Below, piece after piece: positions 38,401 through 51,100 of a stretch of 64,000 nt of DNA. Both the position numbers and the translations under genes were made by a program. Location of the stretch: positions 2,946,662 through 3,010,661 of the forward strand of contig OZ037770.1 of the NCBI GenBank assembly GCA_964035545.1, written 5' to 3'. Every line of letters begins with the position of its first letter. Position 1 is the stretch's first letter. The notes beneath the pieces are model-generated. The model had not been told where the DNA came from. It ran no database searches and saw nothing but the letters and a program-made list of their open reading frames with translations. This DNA is from Bugula neritina. Lineage: Eukaryota > Animalia > Bryozoa.

Positions 38401-40637
38401 GTACTAAGGCTAAACAATTGAATATAGAGAGAGCTAGTAGAGAGGTACAAGGTGCTCATCCTGATATAGCCTCATGTTATCTCCAAGTTGGTAGAGTGTA
38501 TCGAGATATGTGTCTTTATGATCAGGCCCTGCTTTATATGAACAGGTCATGTGACATGTATAGTGCTGTACATGGGAAGAAAAATCATGTAGACTTAGCT
38601 AGTGCTTATGGTGAGCTTGGTACTGTGTATTACAGGATGGGTGAATATAGCAAGGCACTAGAATACTATACTAAGTCATTAGATATGAAGCTAGCTGTCT
38701 ATGGCAGTGAGGCTACACATGCAAGCATTGCTACTTCATATAGCAATATTGGTCTTGTGTATAAGAGCATGGGTGAATATAGCAAGGCACTAGAATACCA
38801 TACTAAGTCACTAGATATGGAGCTAGCTATCTATGGCAGTGAGGCTACACATGCAGACGTTGCTACTTCATATAGCAATATTGGTCTTGTGTATCACAAC
38901 ATGGGTGAATATAGCAAGGCACTAGAATACTCTACTAAGTCATTAGATATGCAGCTAGCTATCTATGGCAGTGAGGCTACACATGCAGACGTTGCTACTT
39001 CATATAGCAATATTGGTCTTGTGTATGACAACCTGGGTGAATATAGCAAGGCACTAGAATACTCTACTAAGTCATTAGATATGCAGCTAGCTGTCTATGG
39101 CAGTGAGGCTACACATGCAAGCATTGCTACTTCTTATAGCAATATTGGTAGTGTGTATGACAGCATGGGTGAATATAGCAAGGCGCTAGAATACTATACT
39201 AAGTCATTAGATATGCAGCTAGCTGTCTATGGCAGTGAGGCTACACATGCAGAAATTGCTACTTCATATAACAATATTGGTAGTGTGTATTACAACATGG
39301 GTGAATATAGCAAGGCACTAGAATACTATACTAAGTCATTAGATATGGATCTAGCTGTCTATGGCAGTGAGGCTACACATTCACACATTGCTACTTCATA
39401 TAGCAATATTGGTAGTGTGTATTACAACATGGGTGAATATAGCAAGGCACTAGAATACTCTACTAAGTCATTAGATATGAGGCTAGCTGTCTATGGCAGT
39501 GAGGCTACACATGCAAGCATTGCTACTTCTTATAGCAATATTGGTAGTGTGTATTACAACATGGGTGAATATAGGAAGGCACTAGAATACTTTACTAAGT
39601 CAATAGATATGAAGCTAGCTATCTATGGCAGTGAGGCTACACATTCAAGTATTGCTACTTCTTATAACAATATTGGTCTTGTGTATAACAACATGGGTGA
39701 ATATAGCAAGGCACTAGAATACTATACTAAGTCATTAGATATGCAGCTAGCTATCTATGGCAGTGAGGCTACACATGCAGACATTGCTTGTAGCTATAGC
39801 AACATAGCCTCAGTTCACCACAAACTCTCAGACTACACCTCATCACTCAATCTCTATACTAAAAGTATAGCCATGTATAAATCAGTCTATGGTGAAGGAA
39901 CCAACCACAATGCTATAGCTGCTAGTTATATAGGTATTGCTGATGTGTACAGAGATACAGGTGAATATGCAAAGTCACTACATTATCTCACCTTGTCTCT
40001 AGACATGACTAAAGCTATACATGGTGACAATACCACTCACATAGCTATAGCATACACCAACCATAGACTGGGTAGACTGTATCATAACACAGGTCAATAT
40101 ACACACTCAGTACACTGCTATAACATGGCCCTGGTACAGATAGATAGGTGTAATACTGCTCATCTCCCTCTATATACAACTGTGTTAGTCAGACTCTCTC
40201 AGACTATGATCTCATTGTCAGACTACAAACACGCTAAGGGTCTCCTACTACTCGCTCTCAAACATTCACCTACTGACTACTGTAAGGATACTCAAGCTAA
40301 AATCTGTCAACTCTTAGGACAGTGTTGTCTCCACTTACATCAGTACAGGAAGTGTTGGAAATATTTATATTCAGCTCTCTGTTACTATGAGTCACTTCCT
40401 TCCTCCAACTGGAAGATGAAATCTTTAGCTCAGGTTCATTTGTACATCTCCTACTTGTGCTTGCATCTGGGTCATGTTTCACAGGCTATAGAACATTCAG
40501 GGCTAGCCTTAGTTCTTGTAGAGGTCCTCTCAGTTGACAAGGAGAATGTAACTCCTGAAATTACTAAACTGTATACAGACATTGCACACATGACTCTTGG
40601 TTTATATTCCACTCTCACTCTGTATGTTGATGTGTAA
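35497..40637 (+). CDS. Nucleotidyltransferase (GlnD/DUF294-like) plus TPR-repeat protein, copy 2; join(35497..35595,35703..40637), ~1677 aa
   Basis: Same exon structure as copy 1; GSVARGTATPYSDLE intact; uninterrupted ORF with 9 conserved TPR units and a divergent TPR tail. Confidence 0.88.
38637..39824 (+). repeat. Nine near-identical 132-bp (44-aa) TPR repeats
   Basis: Same consensus as 3853..4644; 132-bp period from 38637. Confidence 0.95.
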
Positions 40638-41864
40638 ACTTACAGTTTCCTTGACTTCTCCTGCCCTAAAATCTTAGGTCAGTGTATATAGTATACCTCA
40701 ACTTTGAAGGGCTTTTGTGTTGAAAATGCGTCTTTTTGAACAATTTTGACTGCTTTTTTATTTTCATATCTTGTATATCATATTTATACTTTCTATAAAA
40801 TATTGTATTGTTTATTTTTTTTTGTGTTTCCATTGCACCATCCTAATTTCTTATGCAATTTATATATATTCTTTATATTCTTGAATATTATACTGATGAC
40901 ATATAAATGCTTTTGTAATTTATGTTATTTTAGTTTCTGCTCATATATACAATAAATATTATATTGTGTATTTAAATTTATGTGTTGTGTGTACCAAGAA
41001 AATAAACCTGATGTATATTATAGAAATTGAATAAGTATAATTTGACACCTTAAAATAACTTCAAATTGAAAACATTAATAAAAAATTAAAAGATGGAGTT
41101 ATCCTCCTCTAACGGAGAAAACTAAATGCAGCAAATAAAATATTTATTTAACAGACTACTAGAAATATAAAAAGTTAGTAAATTATTTAGAGTTTTCACA
41201 GCATATTCTTGAAATGATTAGACTGTGAAATGCTTTGCTATTGAAACAATGCATATTAGGAGAACCAGTTGCATAGTATTTGCTTTAGAAAAAAACATAT
41301 CTAAGTAATATTTTAAATTAGCACCAGATATATAAATAATGAAATTCATTATAAAAACCATAATAATGCTGCAACTTTCCATAAACAGCAGTCTCTTCTA
41401 CTGGAGTTGTCGTTCTTTAAAAGCAGAGTCTATTTCCTGTTTCAGCCATTCATGCATAGTGACAGGGGGATACTGAGAGCGCCCCACTAGACATTCTATT
41501 AGTGTAGTCTGGTCTGGAATAGCAAAGAATGGGTTAGAAACTCTGTCAGCCTCCTGCAGGTGCATGTCATCTGACACCAACACTCGGTGCTTCTGAAAAA
41601 CATAAACAGTTCTCAGGGAACAAAGAGAATAGTTCCTGAATATACTGCATTCTACAAATTTTAAGTCAAACTTGACTTTCTTCAATCAGAGGTTTTCTAT
41701 AAAACAGAACAAAGCACAGCATGAACCACATTCACAGCAGAAATATTATGTTTATCACATAGACAAGGTTACCAGTAGAGTAGCTCTTTAATTGTGTTCA
41801 ATAAAATATGCAACCAGCAACATAACATGGTAGAGCTTGCTTGCTGTGTCTCTTGTAACTAGCC

Positions 41865-42310
41865 ACTAGTTAGTGTGACATCACTAGTTAGTGTGGCATC
41901 ACTAGTTAGTGTGACATCACTAGTTAGTGTGACATCACTAGTTGGTATGACATCACTAGTTAGTGTGACATCACTAGTTAGTGTGACATCACTAGTTAGT
42001 ATTACATCACTAATTAGTATGACATCACTAGTTAGTGTTTCATCTCTAGTTAGTATGACATCACTAGTTAGTGTGACATCACTAATTAGTGTGACATCAC
42101 CAGTTAGTGTGACATCACTAGTTAGTATGACATCACTAATTAGTATGACATCACTAATTAGTGTGACATCACTAGTTAGTGTGACATCACTAGTCAGTGT
42201 GATATCACTAGTTAGTATGACATCACTAGTTAGTATGAAATCACTAGTTAGTGTGACATCACTGGTTAGTATGACATCACTAGTTAGTGTGACATCACTA
42301 GTTAGTATGG
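41865..42310. repeat. 18-bp minisatellite, ~25 copies
   Basis: Paralog of 8217..8868. Confidence 0.95.
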
Positions 42311-43851
42311 CAGAGCAAAGAGCATTTTCAATGCGAAGACAAACCCAGTCTAGACTAAAGTTTTCCCTGTTTATTTCCTCAATATAACACATCCCAGAAC
42401 TCAGTCTATAGAATACAGTTGTATGGTAGATTTGATGTGTTTATTTTCTCAATATAACACATTGTGGAACTTACATTAGCAACCAGAGTGTCTGACGTCC
42501 AGAACTTCATTACATCACCAATATTAACAATAATACCACCAGAGGGAGCTGTCACTGCCTCATATTCTCCAGTAGATCTATTCATCACCTGGTACAATAT
42601 AATTCCCAGAGACTACAAGCAGGAAAGATAACTTCTAAATGTTAGTAAATTAAATTAACAAATATGATGGAATTCAGAGCTCATTGTGTAGAGGTCAGGC
42701 ACAACTAACTCATACAAGTATTATGTAATACGAACCTCTAGCCCAGGGCTATCTTGAATCAGTAAAGTAACGGGGCCGTAGTCACTGTGCTCCCCACATC
42801 TAACTTGGCCAGGTTCTCAGTCTACATTCACAGAACAAACAATATTGTTAGCTCATCTGATTGATTGAATAGGAAGTGATGTCACACTTGAAACTACATT
42901 CACACATGCAATATATTGTATACAATACCATAACTAACAGGTGTAACTCTTATCCTTATACTTAGTATTCAAGGAAACATCTCAAGATTCCTACACATAC
43001 ATGATATACTATGTTGATGTTAATATTGTACTAAAATATGGTTTACTAAAGTAACACTGTCTGTTCAATTATATACACAGAATATACAACTATACTGTTA
43101 CTCTTAGTATGTGTGAATGTGTGTTGTACATACAACCAGTAAAATATAGCCTAGGAATCTCACCTTTGTTGAGAGTGGCTGGGTAAAAGTTAACTCGAAT
43201 AGCCGACTCATTCTGAGAGGAACCAAAGCTATGAGAATTTGCTATATAAGACGGGTCTTTCAGTCTTAGACCTAGGCCCATCAGCTTCATGAACTGCAGT
43301 GAGAGGGTAGACAGTCTCCCCCACCATTCCTTGAGAATTTTCATAGAATCTGGTATTTCCTAGAGAAAGTGTAAAATGTTAATAGCAAATACTCACTCTT
43401 TACATTCTCAGTCTGGATTTTGCTAATTTTTAAAATAATGAAACGAAACGATAAAAACTTCAAACAATATTATGCTTGACATTGTGTACAAAAATTATAG
43501 ATATTCAGCACAATACAAAGTGACTATGTCATACATGAAATATTTCAATTCACACTAATGTTTAGTACACACTACACACTTGACAATGAAACCATTCTTC
43601 GCTACAAACTCACTGTTTCTGCCATTACTGATTGAAAGTTAAAAGTTTCCTTGTAGTCCCTGCCCTCCTATCAGTAGAGAGAGTTTCTCGTCCAACATCC
43701 ACCCACCCTGTGTTACTCATCAGTCCCTTTGTGTACAAACACTTTTCACTCTCTCCCAAACCAAAGAATTACTTTACTCCGTTCATCAATGTGTCCATCT
43801 GAAAGTGTGAAGCAGACAAAATAGAGTACACTTAAACATTGAAACAATCTT

Positions 43852-44025
43852 TACCTGTACACATACACTACACAGCAACAGCTAGCACCTGAGAGTACAT
43901 GTACATACACACTACAGAGCACTTGCTAGCACCTGGGAATACCTGCACATATACACACTACAGAGCACTTGCTAGCACCTGGGAGTACCTGTATATATAC
44001 ACTACAGAGCACCTGCTAGCACCTG
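43852..44025 (+). repeat. ~44-bp CACCTG-containing minisatellite, ~4 copies
   Basis: Paralog of 10423..10643. Confidence 0.85.
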
Positions 44026-44434
44026 GAGGCATCTTTATACAGTTGAAAGTGACTTCTGCAATGCTGATAGAAATATAAACAAAACTAATAAATATTGACA
44101 ATAAATACAGAGTTACATACTATATGACATTCTCTCTAATCTGCTTCATATAAACACCTACACACTACTTGTATGTTACCTCGTCTTGAGTTATTCCTGT
44201 GTTCACTAGACAGATAAATCCTACAGTCTTTAATGCTGATATTATGTCATGAGCCAGTGATATCTGTTCGGGAGTTGTCTTCCATAGTAGTGCTGCATTT
44301 CCTGGTATTGACTCTCCAGCAGTAAAGTATATTACAGGCACTATTGGCTTTTCCTTGGCACTATCTAAATATCCACAAAGGTAAATAAGCTGAGTTTAGT
44401 AACTTGGTGGATGAGATACAAAATAAGTTGGCTT

Positions 44435-45195
44435 GAACTTTATTAATGACATTTTAAACCGCATTATACATAGTACAATCAGGCTTTTTGCTGACGAAAC
44501 TCTTGTCTACCTGCCCATTACTAATCCAAATGACCATCATTAACTACAGGGAAATCTTTCTAGACTTTATAGGTGGGCAGAAGAAAACATTATGAAGTCT
44601 AACTCAAAGAAAAGTAATGTCATCACTTTTGGCAAAAAACAGAAAATATGGAAAATGTCTTCACTTATAAATTAGGAGAAGATCCCCTGAATAGAGTTGG
44701 AGTTGTAAAATACTTTAGAATATTGTTATCATCAGATTTAAAATGGAATAAGCATGTCGAAAATGCAATATCAAAGGCATACAGGGTAGTAGGGTTAATC
44801 AAGTTCACACGAGGAAATGCCCCAGAAAATGTTAAAATTCTTGCATATAAAACTCTTTGTAGACCTCTCCTGGAATATGCTGCTGAAGTATGGGACCTGT
44901 GCAATAACAAAATTAGAAGTTACTCAAAATAGGGCTGTATGGTTCATTAAAAATCTAAAGGGTAGAGAAGTATCGGTGACAGATGCCAAATTTGACCTAG
45001 GCCTGGAAAAATTAGGAAAGCGCAGACAGTCACAAAGAATTTCTTTGTTGTGTCGTATTACTGCTAATGAGGATTTATTTCCAACCTTAACTAACACTCT
45101 TAAATCTATGAAACCCTCAACCTATAACATGAATACCCGTATTAACACCTTCAACGCTATAGCCTGTGATTCGAGCCTGTACCTGCAGGATTTTC
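44435..45195 (+). mobile_element. CR1/L2/Jockey-group LINE fragment, copy 2
   Basis: SDLKWNKHVENAISKAYRVVGLIK..KILAYKTLCRPLLEYAAEVWD. Confidence 0.85.
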
Positions 45196-46678
45196 TTGCG
45201 CACTGTCCGGGAGCTCCATACAGGAGGAGATAGTGGCAGATTTCTGAGCCTGGATAGATCCGAGGGTCCCACAATTACTCTCTCGGAGAGGTCTTGGGAC
45301 TTAACCTAATTAAGATCAAGAACTCAAACATGAAATCTTTTCTAAGAAAGTAACAAATACATGAAATAGAGAATTCTTGAAATTGAACAAGGTGGATACT
45401 CCGCTTAGATACTTGCTTAAACTTAGTGATTAGTTATTATCATTACGCAATAATTATATGCATATTTGTCGTGACACAATAACTATAATTGTCATTATGC
45501 CTAATGGTATTCATAATACTTAATAGTAATCATCAACATTATCATAATGATAATCATAACGTGAATGTAAAACTGAACTCTACACTCAACACTCACAGGT
45601 ACTTGTTTATGTTAAGACTTTCACTGGTACACTAACAGTAATACTAATACTGCATCACAGAAACACTAACTTACTGACTAACAGTAACGGTAACACTACA
45701 TCCTAGCAACAGTAACTGAGTAAGTCACTAATCACTAATGACTAACTCTAAGTTTAACACTAACACTGTTAGTGTTACACTTAGTGATTAACTTCAACAT
45801 ACAATCAGTATTACGTCAAATTTAATGCTTATAGCATACGTATTACTATTAGGTATACTACGATCTATAGTATTAGCAATGATTATAAGTTATGGTAATG
45901 CCCAACTCAAATATCAATATGAATATCGATATTCATTTGAAACATAATGTGAAGGAAACTAGAACAAATGTTGAAAACGGAATCAATAGTTTTACCCAAT
46001 ACCGTGAAGTTACCAATGGAACAGCAACCAATTGCAGCGTTACAGTTTTTTCCAAGAAGGCATAACTCGTTTTGTATCCTAGCATGTGACTGTTTTGTCA
46101 TAGCCTTGCGACCACTTAATGTGATAAAATTGCCTAATCATTACATTTTGCTAATCGAGACTAATCACCATCCAACTCGCTAGCCTTGGAAACCTGGCTT
46201 TTATTTTTCAATGAATGAAAATGAAAGCCGTTGTCGAAGAGTCAGACTTGTTGAACTAATGTTGAACTAGTGTTAATGTATTCACAAAGGAAAAGTTCTT
46301 GACAAATGATAGTGTAATATGGAAGATTGTACTTAGTAAATTAGCGTAATAAGTAGGCAATATGTATTTTTGCACTTTTATTTAGTTAACTTTAGTATTT
46401 TTTGCACCCAATTCAATGCAATGCAATTGTGAACTGAGTTATAAATATAATTTTATTTTATTTTAAAACTAGAAGTTTATTCTTAATCTAAATTAAAATA
46501 TAAATCTATAATCATAGAGATATTTGATAATCATAATGATATTTGATAATCATTATGGTTAATAAAATACTGGTTTTATTGATTTTGATTATCATTATAC
46601 TTATAATACTAATACTATTAGTAATAGTAATGATTTATCAGTATCTAGGATGACACCAATGAATAATCATAATGATAG

Positions 46679-47220
46679 TGTAATGGATTCTCATCCTCTA
46701 TTGTTCTGAAATAACTGCGTGCATCAGTATACTATAAATACTGTTGCTGTAATTATAGTTAAGTAAGCTAGCTTGCTAATGCCTAAGTATGGTGATTACT
46801 GTTAAGCTTTCAGCATAATGTAATTTTACTGAAATACGCATTCTGAAGTTATGTAATATTTCTTTTACTAATGTTGCTTTCTTTTGTGTGTGTCCTTTGT
46901 TGCTGAGATCGGCATTTCGGTCTTCCGAAATGCCGATATGCCGAAAATCGGCGTTTCGGCATTTCGGAGTCCCGAAATGCCGATATTCGGCGTTTCGGAA
47001 CCCCGATCTCGGCAACAAAGGAATGTCTTTGTCTCGCTTGTATATAAAAGCCAGCGAGTTCCAGTGTAGTTCAGACTACTACTGGAGCTCGCTGGTAGTA
47101 GGACCATTTAAGCTGTATTTGATGCTAATAAAGTTATCTTCATTCGTATTCAGATACTTGGCTTATTTTCTCTAGAGCATGTAGGCACTAGTTGCATTCA
47201 AAACCCACAAGTTTACTACA
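46679..47220 (+). repeat. 5' LTR (542 bp, TG...CA)
   Basis: tgtaatggattctc...tttactaca; TATATAAA at 47041, AATAAA at ~47127. Confidence 0.95.
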
Positions 47221-47221
47221 T

Positions 47222-47240
47222 TGGTGGCAGCGGTGGGATT
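47222..47240 (+). promoter_or_regulatory. Primer binding site, tRNA-Leu type
   Basis: TGGTGGCAGCGGTGGGATT is complementary to the metazoan tRNA-Leu 3' end AATCCCACCGCTGCCA-CCA. Confidence 0.8.
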
Positions 47241-47270
47241 TTCGAATAACTAGTTGCCGAGCGGCACGCA

Positions 47271-48176
47271 ATGGCCCCAGGGGACACAGCCCCTGAGGCA
47301 GCAACACCACCAGCCCTCACTGTGGAGGCGCTGGTCACAGCCCTCCAGGGATTGCGGGGGCAAGGACAGGCATCACCTGGTGACAGGTATCGCCTCCAGC
47401 CCCCGAATTTCGGAGGAGAAGAAGACGTAGAGCAATTCATCAGGGAGTTCCAAGATGTGGCCACCATCGCTGAATGGCCAGTACGGGTGCGCATCCTCCA
47501 ACTTCGGGCCTGTCTGACAGGCCGGGCCAAGAGCTTCGCTCTTGGGCCTGATGAAGAGCACATCATGCGGGCTCTCAGAGCCCGGTTCGGCCTAACAGCC
47601 GAAGAAGCAGCTGATCGTTTGCAGATCATGAGGAGGGACCGGAGGACTCCCCTGGAAGACCACGCAAACGAGGTAGAGCGCCTGGCTCAGGCTGCTTTCG
47701 GTCACGCCACTGGCAATGACCGGAAGCGCCTCGTTTACAACGCGTTCTTCCGGAGCGTGAATCACCCGGACCTGCAGCGATACTGGCTGGCCGCCAAGGT
47801 CAACAGTATAGAGGAAGCGCTGGAAATGGGGAAGGCTTACTTCCAGGTGGAAGAGCCTAGGCGACCGAGCTATACAGCCCGCCAAGTGGTCGAGGAGCAT
47901 GAGGAGACCACCCCACTTCCAACTCCACAGGTAGCAGCAGCTGCAACTAAATCACCCGAGCAGACGCAGCTCACCATGTTAATGGACATGATGAAAGGCC
48001 TGCAGGCTACGGTGACGAAGTTGCAGAACGAACAGGCGGATAGGCGGGCTCCCCGTTCACGGGACAACCCTGTCCGCCCATCTCTGCTAACCTGTTGGGG
48101 GTGCGGGGCGCAAGGGCACGTGAGGAGGCACTGCCCTAGAGGCCAAGGGCCTTTAAACACCCAAGGCTCACGGTAA
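47271..48176 (+). CDS. gag: Gypsy Gag with CCHC zinc knuckle, 301 aa
   Basis: PPNFGGEEDVEQFIREF..W..LRACLTGRA; CWGCGAQGHVRRHC. Confidence 0.92.
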   Translation: MAPGDTAPEAATPPALTVEALVTALQGLRGQGQASPGDRYRLQPPNFGGEEDVEQFIREFQDVATIAEWPVRVRILQLRACLTGRAKSFALGPDEEHIMRALRARFGLTAEEAADRLQIMRRDRRTPLEDHANEVERLAQAAFGHATGNDRKRLVYNAFFRSVNHPDLQRYWLAAKVNSIEEALEMGKAYFQVEEPRRPSYTARQVVEEHEETTPLPTPQVAAAATKSPEQTQLTMLMDMMKGLQATVTKLQNEQADRRAPRSRDNPVRPSLLTCWGCGAQGHVRRHCPRGQGPLNTQGSR

Positions 48177-51100
48177 CTTCCGCCAACCGTGAGCCTCACG
48201 CCAATCCCATCCGGGATAAGGCTCGGAGAGGAGAAGAAGAGACCTCCACAGGGTCTGCCGATACCGAGTGGCAGAGGCCACGGAGATCTCGGAGACCGCA
48301 AGGTCTACCCAATCCTCCGGCCATGTCACTCGAGACCCGGATGCAGCTAGAAGAAGCAGGATGGCAGGCACCTCGGAGATCTCGGAGACCGCAAGGTCCA
48401 CCCGATCCTCCGGCCTGGCCACTCCAGAACCGGTTCGCGGGGTTGCCCGAGGAGGTTGTGGAGGAGGATTCAGCTTACTCGCAAGAGTACCCCAAGCTAC
48501 CCTCCGACCTCAGAAAACCCCCGTTGTCTCTAAGACGAAGAGGAGGCCCGCTGTGCGGACTCAAGTTGTGTCTCCCCCAGAGACTGACCGCTCCAGGAGC
48601 ACCCAGCCGTATGGAAGCAGCTACTTCCTGCCCGGAAAGATTTCGGGTAAAGCTGCCACATTCCTACTGGATACTGGGTGCACTACCAACCTGCTGAGTA
48701 GGCGTCTCTTTGACACTCTTGGTGCACGAGAGCGGGCGAGCCTCGAGCCGTATGAAGGTGCGCATGGTACGTTGGCGGACGGATCATGCATTCCTTTCTA
48801 CGGCGTCATTTCACTACCTGGACGCGTCCGTGATCAAGCAATGCACGAGACGTTCATAGTCAGCCAGCTGAAGGAGGACGCCATCCTGGGAATGCCGTTT
48901 CTGGAGAAACACCAGTGTCACATGGATTTCCAGAAGTCAGTGGTGGTGATGGCTGGGAAGGAACTTGTCTGCGTCGACAAGTTCGGAAGGCCCTTGGTGG
49001 GCGGAGTCCAGGTAGTGCGGGACTGCACGGTTCCGGGGAGATCCCAGGCGACTCTTCGCTGCAGAGTCAACTGCAAGGAGATCGCCGGCCTGGGGGTGGT
49101 TGAGGGAACACACGGAGCGATCCGACTAGCAAACAGCCTGAATCGGCTAGATTGTCGGCAGGAGCTCCTCGTGCAGTGCATTAACCCCTTCACGGAACCT
49201 GTCCGATTATCGGCTGGAGCGCTGGTGGGGAAGTACTACTCCATCCAGGAAGCGGATGTGGGTCCGGCACTGGAGACAGTGGCCGACACCCAGGGGAACC
49301 CCCCTCACACCAGACGAGGAGCAGTCCCGGAGCATATGGCTGACCTGTATGATGGAGCTTGTGGAAACTGTACAAGTAGTACTGAACGCCAAGTACTGGC
49401 TCAACTACTTGCGGAGTACAGTGATGTCTTCAGTCGTGGCGATGGAGACATGGGGCTGACCAAGGTCATCTCCCACGAGATACCCCTGGCAGCCGGCACC
49501 ACTCCCATCAGGCAGCCTACTCGGCGTCTAGGCCCGGAGAAGGAGAAGGAGGTGAGCCGACAGGTACAGGATCTTCTCGACCGGGATCTGATTGAGCCTG
49601 CCCACGGTGCGTGGAGCTCTCCAGTAGTCCTGGTCAAGAAGAAAGATGGTAGCTGGAGATTCTGCGTGGACTACCGCAGACTCAACAGCGTTACCATCCA
49701 GGACGCCTACCCTCTCCCACGGATAGATGAGTCTCTGGATGCCCTCGCGGGTAGCAAGTACTTCAGTACTTTGGATCTGCTTAGCGGGTACTGGCAAGTA
49801 CCCCTCAGTCCTGATGCCCAGGACAAAGCAGCATTCATCAGCCGCGACGGGCTTTGGAAGTGGAAAGTACTGCCATTTGGATTAACGTCCGCTCCGGCAA
49901 CTTTCCAACGGCTCATGGAGCAGGTCCTCAGTGGGTTACACTGGAAGACCCTCCTCATCTATCTGGACGACGTCATTGTCATCTCCCCAGACTTCTCGAC
50001 TCATGTCAGTCGTCTGCGGGAGGTCTTTGACCGTCTCCGGGCAGCTGGACTGAAGCTGAAGCCCTCCAAGTGTGCACTCCTGCAGCCGGAAGTCACGTAC
50101 CTTGGCCATGTGGTTGGCCGTGATGGGGTCGCTACCGACCCAGAGAAGGTACAGGCTGTGAAGGAGTGGACTGTCCCCCGTGACCTCCCTGAGTTGCGCG
50201 CGTTCCTGGGCCTAGTAGGGTACTACCGGCAGTACATACCTGGCTTCGCAGGAGTGGCTCAGCCGTTAAATCGGCTGACCGCAAAGGGGGTCCTGTGGCA
50301 GTGGACACAGGAGGAGCAGCAGGCAAGAAGGAGGGCCGACGACCTAGCGAGGAACAGCAGCGGCAGGGAGACGTTGAGTTCCAACTCCTCTGTCGTCGCT
50401 GGGACGCCCTCAAGGTCAGTCCTGATGGCCTCCTGATGATAACGTTAGCAGCAGACAACCGTCAGCAGGAGAGGGACCGCGTCGTCTGTCCACGCGCCCT
50501 CCGACGGGAACTGATCTGGGACACCCATAAGCAGGCTCACTCTGGAGTCAGTCGGGTCATCAGGTGTCTGCGGCTGCGTTGGTATTGGCCCGGAATGACT
50601 CGGGACGTACGACTGCGGGTACGGCAATGCGAGGTCTGCCAAGCTAGCAAGCATGGCCGCCCCACGGAAACCACTGGTCGACGCCGGCTATACGCTGGTC
50701 GACCGTGGCAAGTAGTGGCGGTGGACCTCGTCGGGCCTATGCCGTTATCCGCCAGAGGGAACACCTGGATACTGGTGCTCACGGACCACTTTACCCGGTG
50801 GGCAGATGCTCTGGCTATTCCAGATGCAACAGCCCCCACGGTGGCCCGTACCCTGGACCAACATGTGTTCTGTTACCTCGGTTTACCCGAGCAGATACAT
50901 ACGGACCAGGTGCCCAGTTCCAGTCCCAGCTCATGGGAGACCTCTGCCGGATATGGGGGGTGAACCAGAGTCGGACCACCCCATATCACCCGCAAGGGAA
51001 CGGAGTCGTCGAGCGGAACAACAGGATGTTGGGTGACGCCCTCAGGAGCCTGCTCCTTGGCCGAGGTCAGGAAGAATGGGACGTGGTGCTGCCGCAAATC

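Larger units (their letters stand above)
41398..44356 (-). pseudogene. 2OG-Fe(II) dioxygenase pseudogene, copy 2
   Basis: Same exons as copy 1. Shared TAA at 43769-43771; AAG at 44354-44356 where copy 1 has ATG; TGA at 42817-42819 where copy 1 has TTA; last exon and exon-3 donor intact. Confidence 0.85.

Noticed and set aside
46776-47175. Overlapping short ORFs duplicated at 52735..53134
   Set aside because: They lie within the LTRs and reflect the GC-rich palindromic cassette.
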